Below are positions 1 through 14,715 of a stretch of DNA of 64,000 nucleotides, piece after piece. Position 1 is the first letter of the stretch. Each line of letters starts with the position of its first letter. The translations under genes were made by a program, and so were the position numbers. The stretch lies in NCBI GenBank assembly GCA_000320545.1, contig ADNK01000427.1, positions 62,001 to 126,000 of the forward strand. Direction: 5' to 3'. The DNA comes from Bigelowiella natans CCMP2755 (taxonomy: Eukaryota; Protista; Cercozoa). The notes below the pieces were generated by a model. It searched no databases. It was not told the origin of the DNA and saw only the letters and a list, made by a program, of their open reading frames with translations.

Positions 1-75
1 AGATTTCGAACAAATGATAAATGCGATTGAAATGAATTTATATTTTACTTCTAGATGGTTAAAATCTGTGTCAAT

Positions 76-1635
76 TTAACTCCTCTTCTTCGACTGGGAG
101 ATGTCGTCTTGCGGCGACTTAGACGTCCCAGTCGCAAGAACACCATAAGATACATGGCATCCCATCATCAGGACCGACCCGACAAGAATAGCCGATGCAC
201 AACTTGTAGCATCAGCCATTAAGCCCATCGATACTGGGCCAATTAAGGATAAAGTGCTTCCTGCTTGTCTTTGGAGTGACAAAGCTTGACCTCGTATTTG
301 TTGTGAAGTAATTTCAGCAGTGAAAGCACCAATAGCTGGTCGATAGAATCCACCACAGAAACCTTGAATTGCCATCGCTGCTATAAATTGCTCTAGAGAA
401 GTTGCAAACGCTAGCGAAGCAAAAAATACACTTGAGACTAATCCTCCTGGTACCACCATCCATTTCTTGGCTCCTGCTGTACGATCCGCGAGCCAAGAAC
501 CAAGGGGCATTCCTATACCTTGTGAAACTGCGAGAGCTGTGAAAAGCATCCCTAACTCTTTTGGACCAGCGCCGATCACATTAGAAGCGTGCAACGAAAC
601 AGCAGTGGTGAAGCAAGAAAATCTAATAGGAAGCTCGCATGCCAGAGCGATTAGCGCCTGTTGATTTCGGGAACGAAGAATAGATTTAACATCGTTCAAC
701 CAGCTTTTAAGATGCTGTCGTACTGTGAGAGAGTCTTTATTTACACCCTGCTGCTTTTTCCCATCATTTACGGTAATCTCAATATTTTTCCCCCTAATTT
801 CCGAATCACCGCGATTAGGAAGAGTCTCTGGGAGCTGCGTGTATCCTACAGAACATGCCATAGCACAGAATCCTGCAATTAGGAATGAATTTTGGTAACC
901 ATAAGTTTCCGCAAGCCAGCCACCAACAGCAGGGCCAACAATCCACACACTTCCTACTATCGCTTGGTGAACCCCCATAATCTTCGCTCGGTGTTGAGGA
1001 GCCCGGTCTGAAAGGTCGCTAATATAAGCACTACTTCCTGTCATAGAGGACGCTGATCCAGCACCTACAATAAGTCGACACGCTAGTAGCGTGGAAAGTG
1101 ACCCACCAACGAATCCGGTCGCAGTCGTTCCAATGGCAGTTAGTGCTGTTCCACACCACATGAGGGGTTTTCTACCAATGATGTCACATAGACGCCCCAG
1201 AGGGACGTTGAGTAACAGAGTTGCAGCTGATGGTGCACTGAGGATTAAGCCAACCCCGGTTGCTCCCAAGTGGCCCCCCATTTGTGCCGCAAACATGGGC
1301 ATGACAGGAACCATTTGCGAAAAGCCTAGATTAAGCATTAGCTGGCTTCCAGCAAGGATCCCTACCTGCTTCATCAACTTTCTGTCCATGCCAGCGACTT
1401 TATTCGCATTGTCGTTCTCCCCTTCACTCTTCTTCGATTGTGGCAATTTTTTTGGCGGTGAAGCATTGCAAAAATTACGTCTGGAATGGGTGACGTGAGA
1501 GGAGAGGCATGGCACTGCTACTAGCTGTCGGAGATTCGTCCCGTGGAGCCGAGGATTAGTGCAATCCAGATTTAGAAACGAAGGCCCTCGTCGAAATTGT
1601 TGACAGAAGCGAATACATCGAACAGATTTCTTCAT
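76..1635 (-). CDS. Major facilitator superfamily transporter (DHA1/TetA-like), intronless, with an N-terminal organellar-type presequence
   Basis: 519-aa ORF with about 12 hydrophobic segments. MFS motif A GRLCDIIGRKP, second-half repeat GSWLADRT, and GPAVGGWL motif. The first ~85 aa are R/S-rich and acid-poor. Confidence 0.9.
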   Translation of the reverse strand: MKKSVRCIRFCQQFRRGPSFLNLDCTNPRLHGTNLRQLVAVPCLSSHVTHSRRNFCNASPPKKLPQSKKSEGENDNANKVAGMDRKLMKQVGILAGSQLMLNLGFSQMVPVMPMFAAQMGGHLGATGVGLILSAPSAATLLLNVPLGRLCDIIGRKPLMWCGTALTAIGTTATGFVGGSLSTLLACRLIVGAGSASSMTGSSAYISDLSDRAPQHRAKIMGVHQAIVGSVWIVGPAVGGWLAETYGYQNSFLIAGFCAMACSVGYTQLPETLPNRGDSEIRGKNIEITVNDGKKQQGVNKDSLTVRQHLKSWLNDVKSILRSRNQQALIALACELPIRFSCFTTAVSLHASNVIGAGPKELGMLFTALAVSQGIGMPLGSWLADRTAGAKKWMVVPGGLVSSVFFASLAFATSLEQFIAAMAIQGFCGGFYRPAIGAFTAEITSQQIRGQALSLQRQAGSTLSLIGPVSMGLMADATSCASAILVGSVLMMGCHVSYGVLATGTSKSPQDDISQSKKRS

Positions 1636-1997
1636 AATGTCACAATGCAGGTGTTCAGGTCAAGTGTCTCAAGCCATGGGCACCCTGAACGACTGAGCGA
1701 GACTGCAGACGGGGGACGACATTTTTGGCAAAAATAGTGAACGATGGAAACACCCACTTCGCAGTTAGTTGTGGTTTTACGATGTGCGACTGACTACGTA
1801 GTAGCAGGAATGCGTCGCACTTTAGGAGTTCTTGCCCTAAACAAACCATCCTCGTCGCATAACAATTGGGATAATTTGTAGCCCGCTGTAGCCAAAAAAT
1901 CGCCGATGATGATGCACATGAGCTTGCTGTTGCTTGGTTGTAAATCACCGCAGCGCAAGAAGTGGTTCCAGCTGGACTTCTCTCAGATTTTTCGCAG

Positions 1998-2445
1998 ATG
2001 ATTTCTCCTTAAAGACAGCAGAAATGCACTGACGCAAAGGTAAAATCGCACGGAGTATTACTACTGCACGGAGGCTTCATACCGTGAAATTTCCAATTAC
2101 CATTCGCGAGGAAGCTCCTCGACCCCATCGTCTGCTACCGACACCTTCACAGGTTCAAAAAGAATACGCCTTGCTACTGAAAGTTTACTAATCAGGCCCT
2201 ATCACCTCTTTATAATCAAGGCATTGACAAAGTAGTTCAGACTCTCAAACTTGCGCATGCCCCTTGAGGACCTGTTAAGTAACAAGCGTTCTCCTAAGAT
2301 CCTGCCGTCACCAGCCTCAGGCAGTAAAACTGGCTCCTACGACTTCAACTCGGAGTTAGAGTGGAATCAAAAAATTTTCTGACACTCTCCGTATCTCTAT
2401 TCTCACGGGATTAGCTGCTTGCTGAGGTGTTGACAGCCAAAAGAA
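1998..2445 (+). promoter_or_regulatory. Putative long ODC 5' leader with uORFs and two predicted introns (2153-2195, 2391-2436)
   Basis: AUG uORFs at 1998 (MISP*), 2024 (MH*) and 2257-2382 (41 aa). An AUG-less spliced ORF runs 2033-2267. Predicted introns are GT..ctaatcAG and GT..ttgacAG. Transcription start is unknown. Confidence 0.45.
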
Positions 2446-4430
2446 ATGCGGCGCGTCATTCGAGAGGCCATTCGAGAATTTTCCAGCTTGAGGGTTCAGG
2501 TAGAATACATTTTTGACAAAAGAAGTGGACCGACGGGCCAATTGACCAACTTCACGTGTGTCTTTTAGGTCCAAAAAGCTGTTCCAAGAGCTGAATCAAA
2601 TCACACGCTCTCCCACCAATTAATGGAGCTCACAACTATAAATGTTCCCCCTAAAGTCGCAGAGGTGATGATTCTCTGCTTTTCAATGGCAAGCGAAAAA
2701 CATTGTTTGATTGCTATTCAATGAATCAGGACTTCTATTTGAGTATGGACTCTGAGAGCGAGTGGGAAAGTATTGAAGCTATACAGACTCTTCGCGAGAA
2801 TGCTGCTTTAGAGAAGCTTGCTCACAGAGGTATCAGTTTTTGTAATCAGCTATCATTGCATTTGAGGCTAAGAAATTGAATCTACTCCATAGCTGAGGAG
2901 GCATTTTATGTCATCAACCTGGCAAGGCTACGTGCAAAACACCTCCAATGGTCAGAAAATAAGCAGCAGCATCGAAATTTACACCAACTGAAACTCTTTC
3001 CTCTATCATTAGGAAAGACCTTCTTGCTAGAGTTGAACCATTCTATGCAATTAAGTGCAACCCAGACCATCGCTTGCTGAATACCCTCAATTCTATGGGA
3101 TGCGGATTCGATTGTGCTTCTATTCTAGAAATGGAAGCTGCCCTAGGAGCTGGTGCTTCTCCGCAGCAGATCATTTATGCAAATCCTTGCAAACCTTCTC
3201 ACCATCTCGAAGGGGCTAAGAAACTGGGTGTCACACTATCCACATTTGACAGTTGCTCAGAATTAATCAAAATTGCAAAGATACACCCGGGTTCAGAACT
3301 AATTCTGAGAATTCTGGTGGATGATTCGAGTTCTGTGTGCCAGGTGTCTCATGTTCTTACTTCAACGGCAATATTCACTTAGCTGATAACTATAACTTTT
3401 AAACAGATGGGCAAAAAGTATGGTGCGTCTTTGGAATCAGTTCCTCAGCTACTTGACGTTGCAAAAAAACTTGGATTAAGCGTCGTTGGCGTGAGTTTTC
3501 ATGTCGGAAGCGGTTGCCGCAATGCTGAGGCATTTAGCGATGCCGTAACTCTCGCAAGGAAAGCGTTCGACATTGCTCACAGCAAGGGATTCTCACCGAG
3601 GATTCTAGATGTGGGAGGTGGATTCCCGGGCGAGTTTCTTCCAGATAGGAAGCTTGGAGGGATTTCTTTCTCCGATATTGCGAAAACACTAGGTAGTGGC
3701 GATTTTCAGAAATCCTCACACGTTCTCTATGTTCGTATCCATAACCCTGCTGCTGATATCTATATTCTTAGAGGTGGCGCTTGACGAGAGCTTCCCAGCA
3801 GATTCTGGTGTAAGGATCATTGCAGAACCCGGACGATACTACGCTACATCCACTCACACCCTTGCTGCACGTGTGATTGGCCGCCGGGAGCCGAACCATT
3901 GCAATCTCATATTTGATCAGAAATCTCAGAAATTTCAATCTCAAGCTGCCCCAGGCTATATGTATTACATTAATGATGGATTGTATGGTTCCTTCAACTG
4001 CGTGCTATATGATCACATCGATGTGTCTGCGACAAGCCATCCGGAATGCATTAACATGGGCTCAAAGATGTCACTTAAAAATGGACAAGAAGATGAAGCA
4101 TACGCTTGCAGTATTTGGGGACCAACATGCGACGGACTGGACTGTGTAATGACCGATGCCCATCTCCCACTACTTGAGGTAATCCAGGTTCAAAATATTT
4201 AATAATGTGAAAAAATATGGACGCCTACAGTAGAATAACAACACGTTTCAATTACGTTCCTTAGGAAGGCGATTGGCTCTCCTTTCGTAACATGGGTGCG
4301 TATACAAATGCAGCTGGATCTAACTTCAACGGTTTCATGAAGCCAAAGTAATCAGACCGTCTTTTAATATATCGACTTACTGTTGAGTAATGTGATTTTG
4401 TTTTTTTTCAGGATCTTCTACATTGATTAG
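2446..4430 (+). CDS. ODC1: Ornithine decarboxylase (PLP-dependent, fold type III), about 9 exons
   Basis: Exons 2446-2499, 2569-2664, 2730-2829, 2893-2950, 3013-3343, 3407-3692, 3772-4178, 4265-4347 and 4412-4430 splice in frame. Motifs PFYAIKCN (PLP lysine), GVSFHVGSG, DVGGGF, EPGRYY, YYINDGLYGSFN, WGPTCDGLD (catalytic Cys) and MGAYT are present. Start could be 2446 or 2623. Confidence 0.93.
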
Positions 4431-5337
4431 ATAACTGATCCGATAAACCAAAAGGTGTAGGCGTAATTTAGGAACATATTCCTCTGTGAATATTTATATA
4501 AGTTATAATTGGATGGTTTCGTGGCCATTATGATTTATATCTTAATAAAATAGACTATTGTTTAAGAAAATTACAGCGCTTTAGATATCACTACTTCTCC
4601 AGTAATGTGTAGCATGCATGTATGGTGCTGTACACATGAGACGGATGTAGAGTTGATTAAATCTTTTCAATTGTCATCCTAATATAGCTATGCAATGCAG
4701 CGCTTATGTACATTTATCAACCCTATGCGTAGCAGTTCTGCTACGGTGTACAATGCCATCAGCAAGTGCGTAAGTGCGATAACGCATACAGCATGTGAAA
4801 TGGATGTAATGAAGATGATTACATTATTTCAATAGTCAACCCTAATGTAGCTATGAAAAACGGCGGCTACAGCGCTAATATTGTATTTGTTTGTTTCGCG
4901 GTGACTATGTCTAGTATGTATGTGCTTCATGTTGTTTGCAGCAAAAATGGCATATTCTAGTATTGTTGGCGCACCCGCGATATGGCGTGCTAGCGATCGC
5001 GAACGTGTACATGTTTGTATGCATCCTCTTTGGTCAGTTTTTTGTGTGTCAGTTCGATATTCCTGTGGAAGGTCTGGTGTGAGTTGCGCTGGAGCATCGC
5101 AGGCTTTTTTATTTGCGTACACACATGCAAAGCATACAATATATGTAGAATAATACGCAGCGGTTCGCTATACTATGCTGCTCCACGACATGTGTATGTA
5201 CATATCATCCGATATCTCGTCAGCATGCAGTTACAGCCCTTGATAAATTACAAATTGATGCTTAGTGCATGAGCATGCAAAATTTATGGCCCGGCCTCAT
5301 ACACTTATAACCTGTACAGGAGGCGAACGACACGAAG

Positions 5338-5389
<52 letters not shown>

Positions 5390-5502
5390 TTATTTATGTC
5401 TTCAACCCTGTGCATTATTATTGCCATATTTTTATTGGCCCTAGCCTTGACTTATAGTGAAAGCAGCAGCAAATACTTTGCAATTCTACAAAAAGCTAAA
5501 CC

Positions 5503-6900
5503 CTATATTCTCCGACATAAGTCGCAAGTATATTGCGAGATGTTCTCCGCCTGTAAAAGATGCAATTCAATAATAGGTAACAGAATCTGATGAAGCGCAT
5601 TATTCGATCCGATATCGCACTACCCACCTCCTCCTCTGTGATCCCAACGCATTCTCCATGATACCAGTCATCGCAATCGTCGCACTGAATCATAAAATCA
5701 CCGTCCTGATATCTGATGGAGTAATAGAGACAGACAATTACAAAGTCAGGGTGGGATATTTGGGAGCATGAAATAGATATTAGTGGATGATAATGCTTGT
5801 ACGATGGTGCTGGTCACATACGTGTCATTGCAGATGCAATATTTTTTCTCATAGTCGATAGGATCCGACGAATTTGCGTTGAGTTCCTCAACCTCTGCCT
5901 CCCATTCTTTCTCTGGATAATATACATATATATGTAATTATAGAACAATTAATCGAATATCTTTCATTAATACTCAAAATTTAGACAAAATACATAAATT
6001 TTATGTCTCCACGTCGTACATATTTTTCTGTCAAGTTATTTCATATGTGAGAAGATTCTTACGGAATTTTTGGTGACGTTTGCAGTACTTTGAACCAGAA
6101 GTGACATATTGTGAGCATGGACGTCCTAAAATGGCAAAGTAAAACTATTAGAAATATTTTTAGGCACGTGATATAGAGCTATTTCATATTGGGTACCAAG
6201 CCTCCGCCCCTTCGCAAGACAGACATAACCGCAAATTGCGCTTCCTAAAAATGAAGATGGTGACCAAATAAGAATATATGTATTATTATAAATCATATTC
6301 CGAGGAATAATTTACTGGCTTCACAATCAAGCATTGAACATCTTACTCAAGCATCAGATATTCGATCGCACTCAGGAATGGCAAAAGGAGATGTATTTGA
6401 CCATGGACAGTGGTCCAGAGCCCCGATTCCCTCTTATCCTTGCCCTGCTTTCTTTTCTTCGTAATTCCTTTTCCTTTAGTTTTATTAGGTCGTTTCCGTC
6501 GCCTTTTCTTCGAACTTGAGCTCGAAGAAGAGTCGGGTGATGCGTTCGTTCGTGTTGAGGAAGAAGAAGGAGAAGAAGGCGATATCGGGTTCCACTTGTG
6601 CTCGGGTAGCGAATATGGGATAGATAATTCATAAGGATCTGTACCCTCTAAGCTCCCTGAAACTGAATTAGATTCATAAAAGCCAGATTTCTCCGGAAGT
6701 AATTGGGAGGGGATTTGGTCGATTTCGGTTTCGCGTTCGTTGCTGGCTGAAAACAACTTGGAACTATATCCTTTACCACTGTCGACGACGACTCCACTGC
6801 TGAAATAGTCATCTAAGTTACGGCAATCAGCACCATTTTCAGGTTCCGAGGACATTCGATACGAGTATAGTCCTGAAGCGGCCATTATTTCCGAGGACAT
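5503..6900 (-). CDS. PHD-finger chromatin protein with an additional CCCH-type Zn finger and basic NLS
   Basis: Spliced C-terminus YCICNDT-YQDGDFMIQCDDCDDWYHGECVGITEEE-AENISQYTCDLCRRI* is a canonical PHD finger. Upstream CGY..GRRLGRPC..SKYCKRH motif and KKRRRKR NLS. Confidence 0.8.
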
Positions 6901-7902
6901 GAGGATAATGGTAATTTATGGCCGACAAAATAATTTCCAAAAACAAAAATAAAAATGCCATTTCTTCGGCAGCATTTAATTCTTGTTCTTGTTGTTCTTC
7001 TTGTTGTCGTTATTGCTTAGTTTTTATCGGGTGAAAACCCAAGTGATCAATGCAGACTTCATGTCCCCATTGATATTTTGTGGAAAGTTTCATGAGAAAT
7101 TTGCAAAAGGAAAACCTGAAAATAATCGAGCTACATTTCTTTGGGAACAGAAACGCTGAACTACATTCGGCAATTTTCCATAGTTTGGTGAAGAGGAAAG
7201 GAAATTGCAAAAGAATGCACTTCCGAGCCTTCAGGAAGTTCCTGGTCAGGATGCATGCTGTGCGCTAGGCATCATCACGTGTTAAAGAATTAAAGACAAC
7301 GCCACGTGGGGAGGTGTGGTAGCCACTGCATCGCATCATCAATGTTCCCAATGTTGACAGGCGGCACACAACACACTGTGATGCATCCTAGCTAGCTAGT
7401 CCATTGGTGTTGTGCACACACAGCACGCGCAATCTAGCAGCACTAGAGCAGTGTGGCATGCCAGCATGCACTAGTGCAGCACTGGCGGAGCACAATGAGC
7501 AGTCAGTGCACACTTCTTGCTAGATTTGTCGAGTACTCAAGAGCGTAGCTATGCATTGTTCATTTGGCAGGATGCAATGATTATTGCACCAGTGCAACCA
7601 ATAACATGTGCTGCACTCCAATGCATTGACATGAATGTTGCATTAGGCTAGTAGGGTTAGTGTGTGGATTCGAGAGCAGTCGCTACCCCACCCTAGCTAG
7701 CATGCCTCATTATTCATGCCCCATGCACAGCGCTCTAGCGCTAGAGCGCGCCTCGCCTAGCCTTTTGGTTTTTTCAGTGGCACACAATGATTGCCACTGT
7801 AAACACTGTAGGTGATTTTTATCATGATCGACGTGAGTTTCCAATCCAACGGTTCGAGATTGCTGCTTAATGTGTAAATTGGATTCAACATAACTTGCGT
7901 AA

Positions 7903-9706
<1,804 letters not shown>

Positions 9707-10266
9707 AATGCTTACAGCCTCCTTAAGCCTACAGTTAATATCAGACAGAAATGTGCGCTCTTAGAGAGGGGTAAAGTCCGCCTCTTCAGCAAGAGGCATT
9801 ACCTTTTGGTCATAGAGAACATTGCTAGGGAGTTCTGGCAAATGGGAGCGTCCTTTACGTCTTCTGCTATTAGTACAGTTTGATATTTTCCAGGATCCGG
9901 AGGGGGGATAGCGGTGTTTGAGATCTGTAGCGAGCATGCACGTAATCAATATTCATCAGTGATATTAGGTATGCGAGGGGAAGACGCATCTACAACACAA
10001 ACAACAATCGACAGCCTCTCAACAGGCTGATAACTCACGTAGTCTATCCGATGTATCTTCGATGTTTCTTAGTCAGCTGAGGAACAAATGGTTATCCCTC
10101 GACGCAAAGTTGCCAAAGCTTCACCTATGAACGTTGTCTCAGGACAAAAACCGCATGGATTTTGCATCTACGTAGGGACCTTTCATTTGTCGCATGTGAT
10201 CTCTTCGAAAACTCCCGTCGGACCACTTCCGGAAAAGGAGCTTTCATTCGCTGCTCGCATGCCCGG

Positions 10267-13200
10267 ATGTCGAGGGCGGCGGATTCACCCATATCACCTC
10301 AACATAATTCAAACAACTTAATTTATTGCGTTAGAAGAGCTGAAAAAGCGCGAACTCCTAAAGATGCCATCGATGGGCTCAAGGAGGTCTTTCACGCACT
10401 GGTGGGAATTGATCGACGCTGAGAATAAATTGATAACTCAGTCAAACTTATCCTGAAACAAAGATAAGGCTTGCATGTTCGACAATATAACTGTTTGGTA
10501 CCATAATAGGTTTCTAGTTTTCAAAAAGGAATTGCTGACAGGCACAGTGAAGAGCTCAGGTTGATGATGATCAGTCTCTTCTTTCTGCTAACATTGGTTG
10601 AAATCTTTTCGTTAATTATACTGTTGTGCGACAGCTATGCTTACAGCTTCTTACTCGGAGGATTTACAGTCAATTGGTATCGGTTTTTAAGGTGGGTGAA
10701 ACCCAAGATCTGTTTGATTGCCTAAGAAAATAGCTGATTCCAACATTAGCGGCAGCGAAAAGGAGAAATGGTTCAATCCTCTCTTCTCCCACAAGACCAT
10801 GCCTGCAGGTAATGAGACCTAACAATTACCTCAGAACACCTGACGATCTGTAATGTGCAACTATCTAAAGTCAATATATCAACGGCTAAAAGTTGCCATT
10901 ATTCAATGAACTGAAGGTATTGTGCTAGAAGCTCTTTGCGGTGCGTTACGAAAGAAGAACACACCGACCGCAGAATCGCTCGAGGTAATAGGAATACTGC
11001 GGATACGAGTTTACACGTATTTGAGTTGTGCGATCGTCAGGTTATAGTTTTGCGAATTGAAAGCTTCATTTGTAGTGGAGGGTTTGCAGCTATGGCAGCC
11101 GATGTTGTTAATGGAGTTCAGACAGGAAATGACACGATGGTGCTATAAACGAACCTCTGCAATGATACACAACTTTCTGATATATGAATAAATTGCTGTC
11201 ACAGGGGAAGTTCATGGCGAAAACGGCCGAGTTTTCTCGTTTGTGTCTATCGCTCCCTTCCCTTTTGGTATTTACTCTACGATTTCTTTATTTATTAATA
11301 CAGCTGCACGTGTTCAGAATGATGATAAAACTGAATGCATATATTTAGGCTAATCGGCTAGGAACTAAAGTACCATTGAAATTTCGCACCGGGTATTAGT
11401 AGTAGAAGTAGTAGTAGTAATAATAATAGTAGATGATTCATGATGTAGTGCTCCTGCATTCAATAGAAAAATTGAAAAAGTGTTTGCATGTTGTCTCAGG
11501 ATATTACACCATGCAATCATTGACCAAGTGAGAAGTATTGGTGTATTGCGGGTCGGATCAGAAGGGGAGAAGGCAATAGGTAAATAGCGACCCGGAGCGA
11601 AATATCGTGTTGATAGCCAACGAATTTCTCATAGATTTACCCCCCCCCCCCCCCATCCTCGTTTACCCTCAGATGCATGGGCAAGATTATTGGGACGAAC
11701 ATTTAGTAATGTTTTTATTTTTTGTGTCTCAATTGGCCACAGAAACCTGATATCGTTTTTGTCTTTCTAACAGCCCAAGCTATTTTGACGGGAAGCCATC
11801 GTAAGACGTTGAGATATATTCCATTATATCACATGTGTAATTATATGTCGTGGATGTTCAGGAATAGTGGCGGGCGTAATGCTAAGGATGATGGTGGATT
11901 GTCTCTTGCCGCCCCATTCTAGTGAAAAGTACAGGGCAGCAGCTTTATGCAGTCATTCCTTCTTCAATGTGCGAAGTGAGGTAGTGTGGAGATTGTGACA
12001 TAAATGTAGTCTTATTACCATTTACTAAGCAAGCTTCATGGTGTCGATGTTGTCGTTGTTATTCTGCTTTAAAGGCCATGGAGCGTGTATTGCGGTCGAT
12101 GATATCATTGTGTATTATCGGAAGTAGCAGCAGTGACAATGAAGACCACCTTCTCGACAGAAACGATGATGCTATGATTGGAGTTTCTGCCGCTGGGAAA
12201 ACTAAGACACGCATTAGCGGCCCCATAACCAAATCACCGACAAGAAAGTTAGATGAATCCACTCTGCTTTCCTCCTACATGTTACTTGAGGACTTCTTAA
12301 AATCCCTTTGTATAAACGTGCTGCCGAAGCTAAGCGAACAGATATGCGTGTTATTGCACATTTTTGCAGTAAAGTATTATCCAGAGTATGATCAAGGTGA
12401 AATGACAAGATCATTGAACAGTGCCAATCTATTTCATATTCTTCTTGAGACTTTCACTTTGGCAAGGCCTTTACCTCAAGCTGCGAACCTTCTTCATTTC
12501 TCCTTACTGCGAGCTGTTCCAATAAGTTTTGCGAACACGAACGCCAAAAGTATTGATCGCGTACAAGCAGAGAATGACAATGCTATTAGCATTAAGAAGT
12601 TGAAAGGGGGAAGCAGCAGGCAAAGTGAGAAATCTGATGATGATGACGCCAAGTTTCCATTGGTCCAATCGCTACAGTCTAATATTCCCAGGAATTTCGA
12701 TGACTCACTAGCTGCACAAGCACTTTTGAGAGCTTAAAAGGTGTGTCCGGCTACTCATCATATTATTTTTCCCCAACCATCAAATCCGCCCCCTACCCCC
12801 CCCCCCTCCCCCCCCCCCCTCTCTCTCTCTCTGTGTGTGTGTGTATCTCCCTCTAAAAAATCCCATTATCTCTACACCCTACAACACTGGTCACTGAAGC
12901 AGCTGAACATCGTCATTATTGCCTGCAGATGTGGGGATCTCTGGGATATCTACGACACGAGCAGCCATCGCGACAAACACGCCTGTTCGAATTTATAAAG
13001 CTATGCCTCATAGATCTTTCTTCGGAGCAACAGGCTGACTCTACACATCCGGTACAGCAGGAGCAGCAGCTTCAACAGTGTGTGCAAATATACATCAACC
13101 TTACCTTAATTGTGAAATAATTTGGCGAATGCGTTATGACTTCAGTAGACCTGTACGGCTAAAACTAAGCTGTGAAGATAATCATTATTTGATATTACTA

Positions 13201-14056
13201 TACAATCAGAGTATTTCAATGCTAATGCAAGGTGTGCAGCATAGGATGGACAGTGTTATCGCAAAGGTTGTTGTTGTTGTTGTTGCACTGGACGCACGCA
13301 CTTTATCGAAGCAGTTTCAAAATTGATGAATACATCAATTGCTATGGTACAGACACGGAGAGAAGCAATGGAGATTGCAGAGGAGTTTTCGGTAGCAAGA
13401 GATTGAACATTGTCATGTGATCTGAATTTGGTGTCAAGAACGACAACAGCAGGCTGCTTCTAATGCATTGAATGTGTGCCTTTGACAGAAAATCCTGGAC
13501 CCATCAAATCCGTTGAGGTAGAAGAAAGGCACACAACAAGTACCCTTCAATGTTTAAAGGGGCAGAATACCTACCGATTGGTTTTCTGTCCAGGGACAAT
13601 TATTCGCATTTAAGCAATTTCAGCCCTGAACCGTTGACTTACTGAATATCTGGTGTTGTGTCTCGAACAACTTGGGAGATGCAATATTGCTATCTTTTGT
13701 TATCACTTCGTATTTGTTGTTGTTGATGATGATGCGCTCTATTATGATTATACGTCCTATGAAAGATTCGAGGAGGACCCAGACAAAAGCGATGCCATAC
13801 CTGGCAGCACGGGTCAGCAGCAACAGAAGGATGATGATGAGAAGGATGAGTCAAAGGAGGAGGAGGAGGAGGAGGAGGAGGAGGAAGAGGATAGAAGCCA
13901 CAACAAGAAAAGTGCAGCTTTAGTCTTAGCGTTACCTAAAAAGGCCAAGAACTATGGCAATTCTGAGTCACATTCTTCTTCTTCACCATCGATTGGGGCA
14001 GTACCAGCTGCTACAACAGTATCAGAAACTAGAACAGGAACAATTGGTACTATCAG

Positions 14057-14090
<34 letters not shown>

Positions 14091-14678
14091 GTCGTTAGCC
14101 TTCTAGTGGTCTTTGCATCATTCTCATCAGTCACGCCTGTTTAGGAACAAGAAACAGAATTTATGGCTGAAAACTACTCGTTTGTTGTTGTAGGAGTAGG
14201 GGGAGGAGGAGGCTGGAGCAACACTCACCGCAACACGGTGAATGGTGCGAAGGAAAATAATACTGCCAATGCTGACGATATCAAGCAGCAGGACCAAGAA
14301 TTGAAGCACGACGACGATAGCCTTGTCAATCTTGAAAGCAGCAGCAGCAACAACATCAGCAATAAAGATAGTGATGATGCCGTTGATAATGTTGATGAAG
14401 AAGACCCTGATGCGGTCTTTCTAAACAATGTAGTAGCCAAAAGCCGGAGAAAGAGCAGGAAAGCAGGAGATAGTTCAATAACCCGATTATGGGGCTCTGA
14501 ATGGAAGAAGGGTGATGACGTAATTCCTCACCAAATAACTCCGCAAACAGGGCAGGACCAAAACGAACCAAATACTCCAATAAAAGGTGTCAATTAATAC
14601 TTCGTTGAATTTTCCTATTCTCTCATCCAAGGCATCATATTCTTGGCTTTTTCTGTGACTGATAATCTTCTTCTTCTT

Positions 14679-14715
<37 letters not shown>

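Noticed and set aside
2033-2625. Three successive +1 frameshifts at UGA leading into the ODC frame as a way to make ODC
   Set aside because: Three +1 shifts always return to the starting frame, ODC has its own in-frame AUGs, and polyamine-stimulated ODC synthesis would be positive feedback. Only the uORF-regulation version is retained.
2446-4430. Antizyme inhibitor (inactive ODC paralog)
   Set aside because: PLP lysine (YAIKCN), HVGSG and catalytic GPTCD are all intact.
7648-7662. TAGGGTTAG as telomeric repeat
   Set aside because: Only about 1.5 units, expected by chance.
7845-7865. GGTTCGAG T-loop-like motifs (also 43810, 59040) as tRNA genes
   Set aside because: No cloverleaf stems or properly spaced A-box could be built.
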